Shown: piece by piece, positions 10,045-18,433 of the stretch
How the letters are laid out: each line of letters opens with the position of its first letter
How positions within the stretch are numbered: the stretch's first letter is position 1
Assembly: GCA_965223545.1 (NCBI GenBank)
Contig: OZ245006.1
Coordinates: 5,184,001 to 5,248,000 of the forward strand
Length of the DNA stretch: 64,000 nt
Reading direction: 5' to 3'
Origin: Planctomycetota bacterium
GTDB taxonomy: Bacteria > Planctomycetota > UBA1135 > UBA2386
Notes under the pieces: generated by a model
Seen by the model: only the letters and a program-made list of their open reading frames with translations
The model's database searches: none
What the model was told of the DNA's origin: nothing
Position numbers and translations under genes: made by a program

Positions 10045-11675
10045 GATCGTTCTCTTCGGGATTCGCGGTGGGTCTCGCTGTCGGTGGTGGTCGCGTGGAC
10101 GCGGCCGTCGCGCAGCGTGATGTGGATCTCGGTGCCCGGTGGCAGCTCGGTGGCGCTCTTTACGATGCCACTCGCGACGCTCTCGACCAAGGCGTAGCCG
10201 CGCTGCAGCACGCGCTTGGGGTCGAGCAGGCGCTGGCGCGTCTGCTGGCGCTCGAGCGCGTCGCGGGCGCGCTGGATCGCGCGCCGCGTCTCGCGCGCGA
10301 CGCGCAGCCGCCCGGCGTCGTGCTCGCGCCGGCCGTGCCGCAGCGCCGCGCGGCTGCCGCGGTGCAGGCGTTCGCGGGCGTTGCGCAGCTGCTGGCGGTC
10401 GCCGGCCAGGCGGCGGTGCAGCACCGAAAGCAGAGCGTGGCCGGCGCGCGCCGCGCGCTGCTCGGCGGCCAAGAGCGCACGCCTGCTGCCCAGCACCAGG
10501 GTGCGGGCGCATTCGGCCAGCTCGGCGCGGGCGCGCAGCACCTGGTCGACGAGGGCGGCGCCGACGGCGGTGGGGGTCTTCTCCGAGCGCGCGATCACGT
10601 CGAGCACCGACTGGTCCCGCTGGTGGCCGATGCCGCAGACCACCGGCAGCGGATGACGCGCGACGGCCAGCGCGACCTCGCGGTCGTCGAACCAGGCCAG
10701 GTCGGTGCGCGAGCCGCCGCCGCGCAGGATGCAGAGCACGTCGAAATCGGCGGCGCGTGCGGCAAACCAGTCGAGGCCGCGCAGCACCGTCGGCCGCAGG
10801 GCGCGGCCCTGCACGCGGATCGCGAAGCAGGTCACTTCGAAGCCGATGCCGGAGGCCTCGAGCTGCACCGCGAAGTCGTTCCAGCCGTCGGAGTCGGGGC
10901 TGGCCAGCACACCGATCCGCAGCGGTGGGTGCGGCAGCGGCAGCGACACGTTGCGCTGGTGCAGGTCGAGCGCGCGCAGCTCGCGCAGGATCTGCTCGCG
11001 CCCCAGCGCGATCGCGCCGAGGGTGAACGCCGGATCGATGTCCTCGATGATCAGCTGGTAGCGGCCGCTCTGCGGATAGATGTCGACGCGCACCAGGGCG
11101 CGGATCTCGAGGCCGTCGCGCAAGGTCAGCGGCTCCGGCGCGCGCTGCAGCTTGGCGCGCAGCGCGGTCGCCGTCTTGGCGAACAGCGCGACCTCCGCCT
11201 GCGCCGCGGGTGTGTCCTGCCCCTCGCGCTTCTCGACCAGCGAGAAGAAGACGTGCCGGCGGTCCTGGTTCTTGTCGTAGTCGACGATCTCGCCGACGAC
11301 CCAGACGGGATCCGGGAACGCGCCGCGCACCGACTCGCGCACGCGCTCGTTGAGGATCGACAGGCTGAGCGCCGGCGGGGTCTCCTTGACCGGTGGCGTG
11401 TCGGCGCCGAACAGCGTCGCCTCGCCGCTCTCGGCGGCGACCGACCCCGCAGTTCCCGCCAGCAGACTGCTCACCTCGGGCGCCATGGCGAAGCCGTGCG
11501 CCAGAAACGTGTCGACGACCTGTTCCAGTCGTTTGACCGGCACGCGCCAGACCTTGCTGCCGCGATCCCAACGGCGGCCAGGAATGGTGCGCATGCAGTC
11601 GACGAGGTCTTCGCGGTACTGGAAGCGCACCAGCAGCATCGCGCCGTCGGGGCTGAGGTCGATCGTGCCCGTCAT
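10041..11675 (-). CDS. xseA: Exodeoxyribonuclease VII large subunit with N-terminal HARP-like extension
   Basis: VWVVGEI OB fold, ILRGGGSRTDLAWFD, VCGIGHQRDQS, KTPTA, LDPKRVLQRGYA; about 95 extra N-terminal residues. Confidence 0.93.
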   Translation of the reverse strand: MTGTIDLSPDGAMLLVRFQYREDLVDCMRTIPGRRWDRGSKVWRVPVKRLEQVVDTFLAHGFAMAPEVSSLLAGTAGSVAAESGEATLFGADTPPVKETPPALSLSILNERVRESVRGAFPDPVWVVGEIVDYDKNQDRRHVFFSLVEKREGQDTPAAQAEVALFAKTATALRAKLQRAPEPLTLRDGLEIRALVRVDIYPQSGRYQLIIEDIDPAFTLGAIALGREQILRELRALDLHQRNVSLPLPHPPLRIGVLASPDSDGWNDFAVQLEASGIGFEVTCFAIRVQGRALRPTVLRGLDWFAARAADFDVLCILRGGGSRTDLAWFDDREVALAVARHPLPVVCGIGHQRDQSVLDVIARSEKTPTAVGAALVDQVLRARAELAECARTLVLGSRRALLAAEQRAARAGHALLSVLHRRLAGDRQQLRNARERLHRGSRAALRHGRREHDAGRLRVARETRRAIQRARDALERQQTRQRLLDPKRVLQRGYALVESVASGIVKSATELPPGTEIHITLRDGRVHATTTDSETHRESRRERS

Positions 11676-12286
11676 CGCGCGCCCCGCGCCCCGATCTCGG
11701 TCAGGGTCTCGATCGCATCGCCCACCGCGGTCCGCGCCGCAGCCATCGTGATGAGGCGCTCGGCGGCCCGACTCAGGTCGGTCATGATCGAGGGGTCGAG
11801 GCCGCAGGGGCGGATCTTCGCGAACGGCGCGAGGTCCATGGCGACGTTGATCGAGATCCCGTGCGTGCTCACCCAGCCGCGGATCGCCACCCCGATCGAG
11901 ATCAGCTTGGCGCCGGCGACGAACACCCCCGTGCCGTCGACCGAGGGCGTCGCCGCCAGGCCGAAGCGCGCGCAGACCGCGACCCCGAAGCGCTCGAGGC
12001 GCCGCAACCACGCGCGCACATCGCGTTCGGGCAGTCTCATGACCGGGTAGACGACCAGCTGGCCGGGGCCGTGATAGGTGATCTGGCCGCCCCGTTCCAC
12101 CGCGACGACGCCGGGTGGCAGCGGCTCGGGCGTGCCGCGGCCGGCGGTGTAGACCGGCTCGTGCTCGACGGTGAAGATCTTTCCCCGCCCGCCCTTGCGC
12201 ACGTCGGCGGCGACGCTCAGCATGCGGTCCCTGGTTTCCGCGTAGTGGGCGCGCCCGAGGTCGACGATCTGAGGTGGCTGGTCCAT
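11672..12286 (-). CDS. lipB: Lipoyl(octanoyl) transferase
   Basis: VEHEPVYTAGR, RGGQITYHGPGQLVVYP, KLISIG, HGISIN, IRPCGL. Confidence 0.95.
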   Translation of the reverse strand: MDQPPQIVDLGRAHYAETRDRMLSVAADVRKGGRGKIFTVEHEPVYTAGRGTPEPLPPGVVAVERGGQITYHGPGQLVVYPVMRLPERDVRAWLRRLERFGVAVCARFGLAATPSVDGTGVFVAGAKLISIGVAIRGWVSTHGISINVAMDLAPFAKIRPCGLDPSIMTDLSRAAERLITMAAARTAVGDAIETLTEIGARGAR

Positions 12287-12320
12287 CCGCGTAGCCGTCA
12301 GCTTAGCCCTGCTCCTGCCC

Positions 12321-12704
12321 ATGTGCTTCCTCACTGCCGCGCTGCTGTTCTGCCAGCAGCTGACCCCGACGCCCGAGATCGCCGTGCCCGGCGATGCCGT
12401 GCGTGTGGTGGTCGAGGACGCGTCGGGGGCGCCGATCGCCGCGGTGCCGGTCGACGTATGCATGCCGGGCGGCGACGTCGTCCGGCTGGGGATCGCCGGC
12501 GCCGACGGCAGCGTGCAGTTCACGCCGGTCGAAGCCGGGGACTACGAGCTCCGCGCGGAGTTGCCGGACACCGGCGTGCGGCTGTTGCGGCCGTACACAG
12601 TGCTGCCGGCGCCGCGGCGATGGTTGTACGTCTTGCTGTGCCTGCCGGCGGGCGTGCTCCTGCTGGCGTGGAACCTGCGCAACGCGTTCGGCAAGAGCGG
12701 CTGA
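12321..12704 (+). CDS. Small secreted/membrane-anchored protein (carboxypeptidase-regulatory-like beta domain plus C-terminal transmembrane helix)
   Basis: VEDASGAPIAAVPV...GADGSVQF..VEAGDYELRA, followed by a hydrophobic C-terminal helix. Confidence 0.6.
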   Translation: MCFLTAALLFCQQLTPTPEIAVPGDAVRVVVEDASGAPIAAVPVDVCMPGGDVVRLGIAGADGSVQFTPVEAGDYELRAELPDTGVRLLRPYTVLPAPRRWLYVLLCLPAGVLLLAWNLRNAFGKSG

Positions 12705-12723
12705 CCGCCCGGCGGGCGACAGC

Positions 12724-13050
12724 TCAGGCCAGCACCTTGTCGACCATCTCCTTGACGTGGCGCAGATCCAGGTTGCCCTGGAAGCGGTCGACGACCTCGC
12801 CACCGCGGAAGAACAGGCACGTCGGCACCGCCCGCACGCCGAAGTTGACGGTCGCGTTCGGCGCCTGGTCGATGTCGACCTTGTAGACCGCGAGGCGGTC
12901 GCCGTACTCCGCCGCGACCTTGTCGATGGTCGGGGCCAGAGCCTTGCACGGCCCACACCAGGTCGCGCTGAAATCGATCAGCACCGGGACCTCGGCTTGG
13001 TTGACGACGTCGTTGATATCGGAGTCGGACAGCTCTTTGACGGTGGACAT
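12724..13050 (-). CDS. trxA: Thioredoxin
   Basis: PVLIDFSATWCGPCKALAP, FGVRAVPT; 108 aa. Confidence 0.95.
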   Translation of the reverse strand: MSTVKELSDSDINDVVNQAEVPVLIDFSATWCGPCKALAPTIDKVAAEYGDRLAVYKVDIDQAPNATVNFGVRAVPTCLFFRGGEVVDRFQGNLDLRHVKEMVDKVLA

Positions 13051-13216
13051 CGGCGGCTCTGGGGATGGGTTGGCGGAACGGTATTTTGGCCAGCACGGTC
13101 GAGGAGGCAAGATGCGAACCCGGCGGTTTCGGCGCGGCGGTACGAGTTTGGCGCACGGCAGAAGCGTGTCGCCTCGGGTAGGGCTACGACCCGAATCGTG
13201 CGAGCCGCACGGGGGT

Positions 13217-13531
13217 TCAACCCATGATGCTTGGCAGGTCGCGCGCGCCATGCAGAACGCGGACAACCTCGATCTTGGAATCACTTGGCAAGTAGAACAC
13301 TTGGTGCACGTTGAACGGCTTGGCCACCGGCCACTGGCGACAGCCGCGAAGTCGACTTACGACCCAGTCCTGAACAGAGCCGAGATGGGGCTGTTCGATG
13401 AGGGCCTCAAGCGTCTGGTCCACCGCATGGTAGAAGCGCAGAGCGAGTTCGACGTTCTCTTGGGTCGCGTAGAACTCAGCCGCACGGTCGATGTCCGCCT
13501 CAGCTTGCGGGCGGACGACCAGCTTCTTCAC
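13217..13531 (-). CDS. parE: Type II toxin, ParE/RelE family
   Basis: RPQAEADIDR...P.LG...VFY...IEVVRVLHGARDL; overlaps the antitoxin stop. Confidence 0.9.
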   Translation of the reverse strand: MKKLVVRPQAEADIDRAAEFYATQENVELALRFYHAVDQTLEALIEQPHLGSVQDWVVSRLRGCRQWPVAKPFNVHQVFYLPSDSKIEVVRVLHGARDLPSIMG

Positions 13532-13806
13532 GAGCCTTTCTTCCGAGAGTGGCGGGCGAGCAGGTCCTGACGCTTGCGTTCCCAGAACTCCGGCGTGACC
13601 TCGACGGGTTCCCCGCTCTCGAGTCCTTCCATGAGCAGCGCTTCAAGCCGTTCTTGTTCGGCCCGCCGTTGGTCCTCACGAATGAGCTCGCGGACGTACT
13701 CGCTCGCAGACCCAAACCGTCCGGCGGCACGCTTCGTCACGAACGAGCGAAGCTGCTCGGGTAGCGACACGTTCATCGAGGTCATCTCGTCGGTCTTCGG
13801 GTCCAT
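13528..13806 (-). CDS. parD: Type II antitoxin, ParD (RHH) family
   Basis: SMNVSLPEQLRSFV...GRFGSASEYVRELIREDQ...LMEGLESG. Confidence 0.92.
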   Translation of the reverse strand: MDPKTDEMTSMNVSLPEQLRSFVTKRAAGRFGSASEYVRELIREDQRRAEQERLEALLMEGLESGEPVEVTPEFWERKRQDLLARHSRKKGS

Positions 13807-13812
13807 AGGACG

Positions 13813-13853
13813 ATCTTAGCAGGGATGGCACCCAGATGGCAAATTCTGCCATC
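13813..13853 (-). promoter_or_regulatory. parDE promoter with putative operator repeats
   Basis: Minus strand TTGCCA-N18-TAAGAT with extended -10 TG. Three GATGGCA heptamers: 13824-30 and 13835-41 direct, 13847-53 inverted. Confidence 0.65.
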
Positions 13854-13983
13854 GACCAATCCGTCTGGCAGCTTGAGCTGGGTTTGACCCCGAGGATCGC
13901 GTCGTCATCGGCAATCCTCGTCCCTTCAATCAGGGGAGCACCGGGGCAAGATTCTGGCCCCAATGTTTGCAACTCGTGCCCGC

Positions 13984-16131
13984 TCAGCGGCCCGTGGTTG
14001 GCGCGGTCTGTTGCCACCGCTCCGCCGCTGGGGCACGTAGCGCGTGGCCGTGCGAGGTGCGCTCGATTTTGCCCTCGACCCACCAGAAGTTGGCTTGAAG
14101 CTCGCGTAGCGAAGCGCGCAGCGCGGGCTCCAGCGCTGCTCGAATCGTCGGTGGCACGAACGCGCGCAGTCCCGGGCCGGTACCTTGGCCGCGGAAGACG
14201 ACCGCGAGGCCGCCGTTTGCCGCGTCCTCGACCTTCTCCAGCGTGCCGAACACCGTCACCGTCGCGCCGCTGTCGGCGGCGCGCTTCAGGGCGCTTGGAT
14301 CTTCGGCCGCGATGTAGCGGTCCGGCTCCGCCGCTTGCCGGTGGCGAAAGGCATCGATCGCGGCGGCGCGCGCCCGCCACCACGGCAGCAGAAGATCGTA
14401 GGGCCGCGCCGCCGAGCCGGCGTTGGTCGCTGGATCCCAGACGCCACGCCGCGCTTTGCGTGCGGCTTGCTCCGCGCGGGCGAACGCTTCGTGGCACAAG
14501 AGGCTGTTGCCATACTTGTTGAAGTAGGGGCTGCGGCCTTCGCGCACCAACTGCAGGTTGTAGTCGGTGCCGTCCGGAAGCACGACGTGACAGAGCAAGC
14601 GGCCGTATCGGTCGGCTTGCGGGGTGCCGCCGGGAAACCGCAGACCGACGCGGGCCGGCGAACTCTCGGTGGCGAGTGCGGCGAACAGCTCCGCAGCCCA
14701 CTGCGCGGTCTCGACCCCGTAACGGGTGCGCGGCTTGGTGGGCGAGGCGGCGCTATCGCTCTTCTCTTCGGTATCCACCGACAGCAACCGCAAGCGCACG
14801 CGGTTGCCGTCCATGCGCACGTGCACCGTGTCGCCGTCGACGACGCGCTCGACCTCGTACAGCTCGGTCGGGGGCGGCCACTTGCCCTCGTCGTCGATCT
14901 CGGCCAGCGGCTCGGCGACCGCGACCGGACCGTAGTGCGCGTCCGGATCGAGCCGTTCCGCGAGTGCGCTGTTCCAGTTGGAGTCCAGCCACTGCGCGAG
15001 CCGGGTCGCGATCGCGCTGCCGCGCAGGATGAGGCCGGCGTTGCGACTGGCCGAGAAGTAGTCGCCACTCCAGTTGCTCGTGCCGATCCACGCCGCGGAG
15101 TCATCGACGACCATGAGCTTGGCGTGGGCGACGCGAGCGAACGGGATGAAGCCCGTGCGCGCTGGCGGCACGGTCAGCAGCGAGACCTCGATGCCGTCGA
15201 CGCGCTGCAGCGCCTGCAGGTCGGCGATCGACTTCCGCCCCTTGGCCCAGTGGGCGACCGCCAGCCGCACCTGCACGCCGCGGACCGCGGCGCGGCGCAG
15301 GGCGGCGTCGAGCGTATCGAACGTGCCGCCGCCGCGCGTACGCCGCGAATAGGACAGCAGCTGGATGGCCACGCTCTGCTGGGCGCCGTCGATGAGCTCG
15401 AGCAGCGCGGGCAGGTCCCAGCGCGTTCCGCTCGGCACCAAGGCCAGTGGACTGAACACCGGCTGCGCCTGTACCGACGCGTCGCCGAAGCGCAGTGCGA
15501 CGGCGGCGGCGCGCGGCGTCATTGCCCGCGTCGCCTCCCGTGCCGTGGTGCCGCCCGCGAGCTGCCAATCGACGTCGAACACGTGCACGAAGGCGCGCGC
15601 GACCGCCGCGTCGTGCACGCGCACGCCGAGCTCTTGGATGTGCTCGAGAGCCCGCCAGTCGAAGTTGGCACTGCCGACCCACAGGTCGACGCCGTCGACC
15701 ACCATGTACTTCGCGTGGTGCACGCCGCCGGTGCGTGCCCGCAGATCGAGCAGTCGCACGTCGACGCCCGGGGCTCGGCGCAGCCGGTCGATGGTGTCCG
15801 GATACGTGTCGTAGAAGCCGTGGTCACTGAGAAACCGGACCGCGACGCCGCGTGCGCCGGCGGCCTCGAGCGACCGGACGATCGGCTCGAGCTGGCCGTT
15901 CGGTTGATTGCTGGCGTAGAACGAGCCGACGACCACCTCGGTCCGGGCCGCTCCGATCATCTGCAGCCAGACCGCGGCGGTGGCGGGGAGATCGGCGTGC
16001 GCGAGCGTGGTCTCCACCGGGGCGGTCTCGACCAACGCCATGGTGCCGGGCGCCAAGCCGCGGTCGGGTCCTTGCGCGATTGCGAGGAATGGCGTCGCGG
16101 CAACCGCGAGGACCGCAGTCCGCCAGCTCAC
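13984..16131 (-). CDS. Secreted phospholipase D-family (2x HKD) plus thermonuclease (SNase) fusion protein
   Basis: HAKYMVVD and HAKLMVVD; then VVDGDT, RLRLLSVDTEE, DRYGRLL, NLQLVREG; signal peptide; GTGA overlap with the upstream gene. Confidence 0.88.
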   Translation of the reverse strand: MSWRTAVLAVAATPFLAIAQGPDRGLAPGTMALVETAPVETTLAHADLPATAAVWLQMIGAARTEVVVGSFYASNQPNGQLEPIVRSLEAAGARGVAVRFLSDHGFYDTYPDTIDRLRRAPGVDVRLLDLRARTGGVHHAKYMVVDGVDLWVGSANFDWRALEHIQELGVRVHDAAVARAFVHVFDVDWQLAGGTTAREATRAMTPRAAAVALRFGDASVQAQPVFSPLALVPSGTRWDLPALLELIDGAQQSVAIQLLSYSRRTRGGGTFDTLDAALRRAAVRGVQVRLAVAHWAKGRKSIADLQALQRVDGIEVSLLTVPPARTGFIPFARVAHAKLMVVDDSAAWIGTSNWSGDYFSASRNAGLILRGSAIATRLAQWLDSNWNSALAERLDPDAHYGPVAVAEPLAEIDDEGKWPPPTELYEVERVVDGDTVHVRMDGNRVRLRLLSVDTEEKSDSAASPTKPRTRYGVETAQWAAELFAALATESSPARVGLRFPGGTPQADRYGRLLCHVVLPDGTDYNLQLVREGRSPYFNKYGNSLLCHEAFARAEQAARKARRGVWDPATNAGSAARPYDLLLPWWRARAAAIDAFRHRQAAEPDRYIAAEDPSALKRAADSGATVTVFGTLEKVEDAANGGLAVVFRGQGTGPGLRAFVPPTIRAALEPALRASLRELQANFWWVEGKIERTSHGHALRAPAAERWQQTAPTTGR

Positions 16132-16994
16132 GTGCAGATCTCCATCAGAGCGCCGACGTCGTCGACGACGTGGTCGATCATGCCTTGTGTTTGCAGCTGC
16201 AGCACCCACGCCGGCGTGTGCGGGTGGCGGCGCAGCACGGTGGTGTGGGGTGCGCACGCGGCGCCGCGCGTGCGCAGCACGTGCGGCAGCGCGAGGTCGA
16301 GCGAGAACACGTCGCCGATGACGACGTCGGGGTTCTCCTCCTCGATCACCCGCGCGTAGAGCGGGCGGTCGACGCACACGCGGCGGCCGCCGGCGTCGAT
16401 GCACTCGCCCTGCTGGCCCAGCGTCTGCTTGCCGGCCTGGCCGCGGACGCGGACCGCGTGGCCGGCATCGCCGCCGGCGTCGACGCCGGCGCGCGAGAAC
16501 CACTCGACGATCTTCTCCGTCGGCGAGTTGGAGACCACCACCACCGTCACGCCCGCCGCGTGCAGCGCATCGATCACCGCGGCAGCGTGCGGCACCAGCC
16601 CGGGCGGGTGCTGGTCGCGGAACGAGCGCATGCCGTCGAGAAAGCAGCGATCGGCAAACGCGCTCAAGTCGGCGAATCCGTTGCCCAACACCGCCTCGCG
16701 GTAGGCGCGCGCCGCGTCGTCGTCGGCGGTGTCGACGAATGTGGTCAGCGAGTTGGGCACGCAGAACGGATCCTCGTCCAGATAGGCCGTGATCCGGCCG
16801 TCGGGCGCCCAGCCGTAGGCATCGGGGCGCGCGCGCACCGCCGTCTCGAAGCGGGCGAAGTCGGCGTGCGCGATGTCGGCGCTGCGCTCGGCGAGCCGCG
16901 CCGCCTCGGCGATCAGGTGGATCTTGACGTGCTCCGCCTCCAGCGCCTGGTCGGTCCAGACCCCGTCGAAGTCAGACAGCAGGGTCGTCGGCAT
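16128..16994 (-). CDS. HAD-superfamily hydrolase
   Basis: Motif I DFDGVW, motif II VVSNS, motif IV VIGDVFSLD. Confidence 0.8.
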   Translation of the reverse strand: MPTTLLSDFDGVWTDQALEAEHVKIHLIAEAARLAERSADIAHADFARFETAVRARPDAYGWAPDGRITAYLDEDPFCVPNSLTTFVDTADDDAARAYREAVLGNGFADLSAFADRCFLDGMRSFRDQHPPGLVPHAAAVIDALHAAGVTVVVVSNSPTEKIVEWFSRAGVDAGGDAGHAVRVRGQAGKQTLGQQGECIDAGGRRVCVDRPLYARVIEEENPDVVIGDVFSLDLALPHVLRTRGAACAPHTTVLRRHPHTPAWVLQLQTQGMIDHVVDDVGALMEICT

Positions 16995-17199
16995 GGTTCA
17001 TCGCGTCGAGCAGACGCTGCAGCGGGACTCCGTTGTCCTCCGCGACCTTTGCGATCGTGTCTTCCGGCTCGAAGCCGCACAGCGAGCAGCCGCCGATGTG
17101 GAAGCGCATCAAGACCACCGGCAGGTTGGGATCGGCGGCGATCGCCTCTTCCATGGTGGTGTCCGCGTCGAAGCGCGGTGAGTTGGCAGCGGGGCTCAT
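16972..17199 (-). CDS. Small DUF1858-like protein (CxxC)
   Basis: DTTMEEAIAADP...LMRFHIGGCSLC...EDTIAKVAEDNGV..QRLLDAMN; ATGA overlap with mrp. Confidence 0.75.
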   Translation of the reverse strand: MSPAANSPRFDADTTMEEAIAADPNLPVVLMRFHIGGCSLCGFEPEDTIAKVAEDNGVPLQRLLDAMNHADDPAV

Positions 17200-18290
17200 G
17201 GCGTGCTCGGGGCTCCTGGGGCCTTTGGCGGTTGGGCGTTCGCCGTGCTGATGCGCGCCGCGACGCGGCGCGCGACGTCGCGCAGCGCGGCGGCGATCGC
17301 GCTGTCGGGGTGCGAGCGCACCACCGGCGCACCGGTGTCGCCGCCCTCGCGCACGGCGAGGTCGATCGGCAGCTGGCCGAGCAGGGGCACGTCGAACTCG
17401 CGTTCGATCCGCGCGCCGCCGCCTTCGCCAAAGATGGCGAACTGCTGCTCCTGACCGGGCGGCTGGAAGTACGCCATGTTCTCGACCACGCCGAGCACCG
17501 GCACCTTGACCGTGTCGAACATGCGGATCGCCTTGCGCACGTCGTGCACGGCGACCTCCTGCGGCGTGGTGACGACGATTGCGCCGGCGATGTGCGCCTG
17601 CTGCGCGAGCGACAGCTGCGCATCGCCGGTACCGGGCGGCAGATCGACGACCAAGTAATCGAGGTCGTCCCACAGCACGTCGAACAAGAACTGCTTGATC
17701 GCGCTGTGCAGCATCGGCCCGCGCCAGATCACCGGCTGCTCCTCGGGCACCAGCAGGCCGATGCTCATCACCTGCACGCCGTCCTTGACGAAGGGGTAGA
17801 TCTTGTCTTTGGCGCCCTCGGGCTTGCCGCGCACTCCCATCATCATCGGCACGTTTGGGCCGTAGAGATCGGCGTCGAGGATGCCTGTGCGCGCGCCGAG
17901 CGCGTGCAGCGCGCAGGCGAGGTTGACGGCGACGGTCGACTTGCCGACCCCGCCCTTGCCGGACGAGACCGCGAGGACGTTGCGCACACCGGGGATCGCC
18001 GGCCGGTCGTCGTAGCTCGGCTTGCTGGTCGTGACCTGTGCGGTCATCTGCACGCGGACCTCGGCGACTCCCGGCAGCGCGCGCACCACGTCCTCGGCCT
18101 GCGCCCGCAGCTGGTCCTTGACCGGACACGCCGGCGTGGTGAGCTCGACCGAGAAGGCGACGTTGCCGCCACAGATTCGCAGGTCCTTGACGAAGCCCAG
18201 CGCGACGATGTCGCGGCGCAGGTCGGGGTCCTGCACCGCGCTGAGCGCGGTCAGGACTTGTTGTTCGGTGACGGCGGCGGAGGTGCTCAT
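17196..18290 (-). CDS. apbC: Mrp/ApbC/NBP35 Fe-S carrier ATPase with N-terminal DUF59
   Basis: VQDPDL..DIV.LG, TTPACP, SSGKGGVGKST, DADLYGP, WRGPM, DLPPGTGD, GVVENM. Confidence 0.95.
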   Translation of the reverse strand: MSTSAAVTEQQVLTALSAVQDPDLRRDIVALGFVKDLRICGGNVAFSVELTTPACPVKDQLRAQAEDVVRALPGVAEVRVQMTAQVTTSKPSYDDRPAIPGVRNVLAVSSGKGGVGKSTVAVNLACALHALGARTGILDADLYGPNVPMMMGVRGKPEGAKDKIYPFVKDGVQVMSIGLLVPEEQPVIWRGPMLHSAIKQFLFDVLWDDLDYLVVDLPPGTGDAQLSLAQQAHIAGAIVVTTPQEVAVHDVRKAIRMFDTVKVPVLGVVENMAYFQPPGQEQQFAIFGEGGGARIEREFDVPLLGQLPIDLAVREGGDTGAPVVRSHPDSAIAAALRDVARRVAARISTANAQPPKAPGAPSTP

Positions 18291-18433
18291 GTCGGTGGGG
18301 TCTCGAGCGCGCCGCGCGGACGTTCGCAAGGCGTGGTCGGCCCGGCATCTTGGTGCATCTTCGGGGGCTGTGCAACGCCGCCCGGCTGCGGGGTCGTTGC
18401 GCGGGTGCTCCGCGCGGTGAGAATGGGGGCGTC

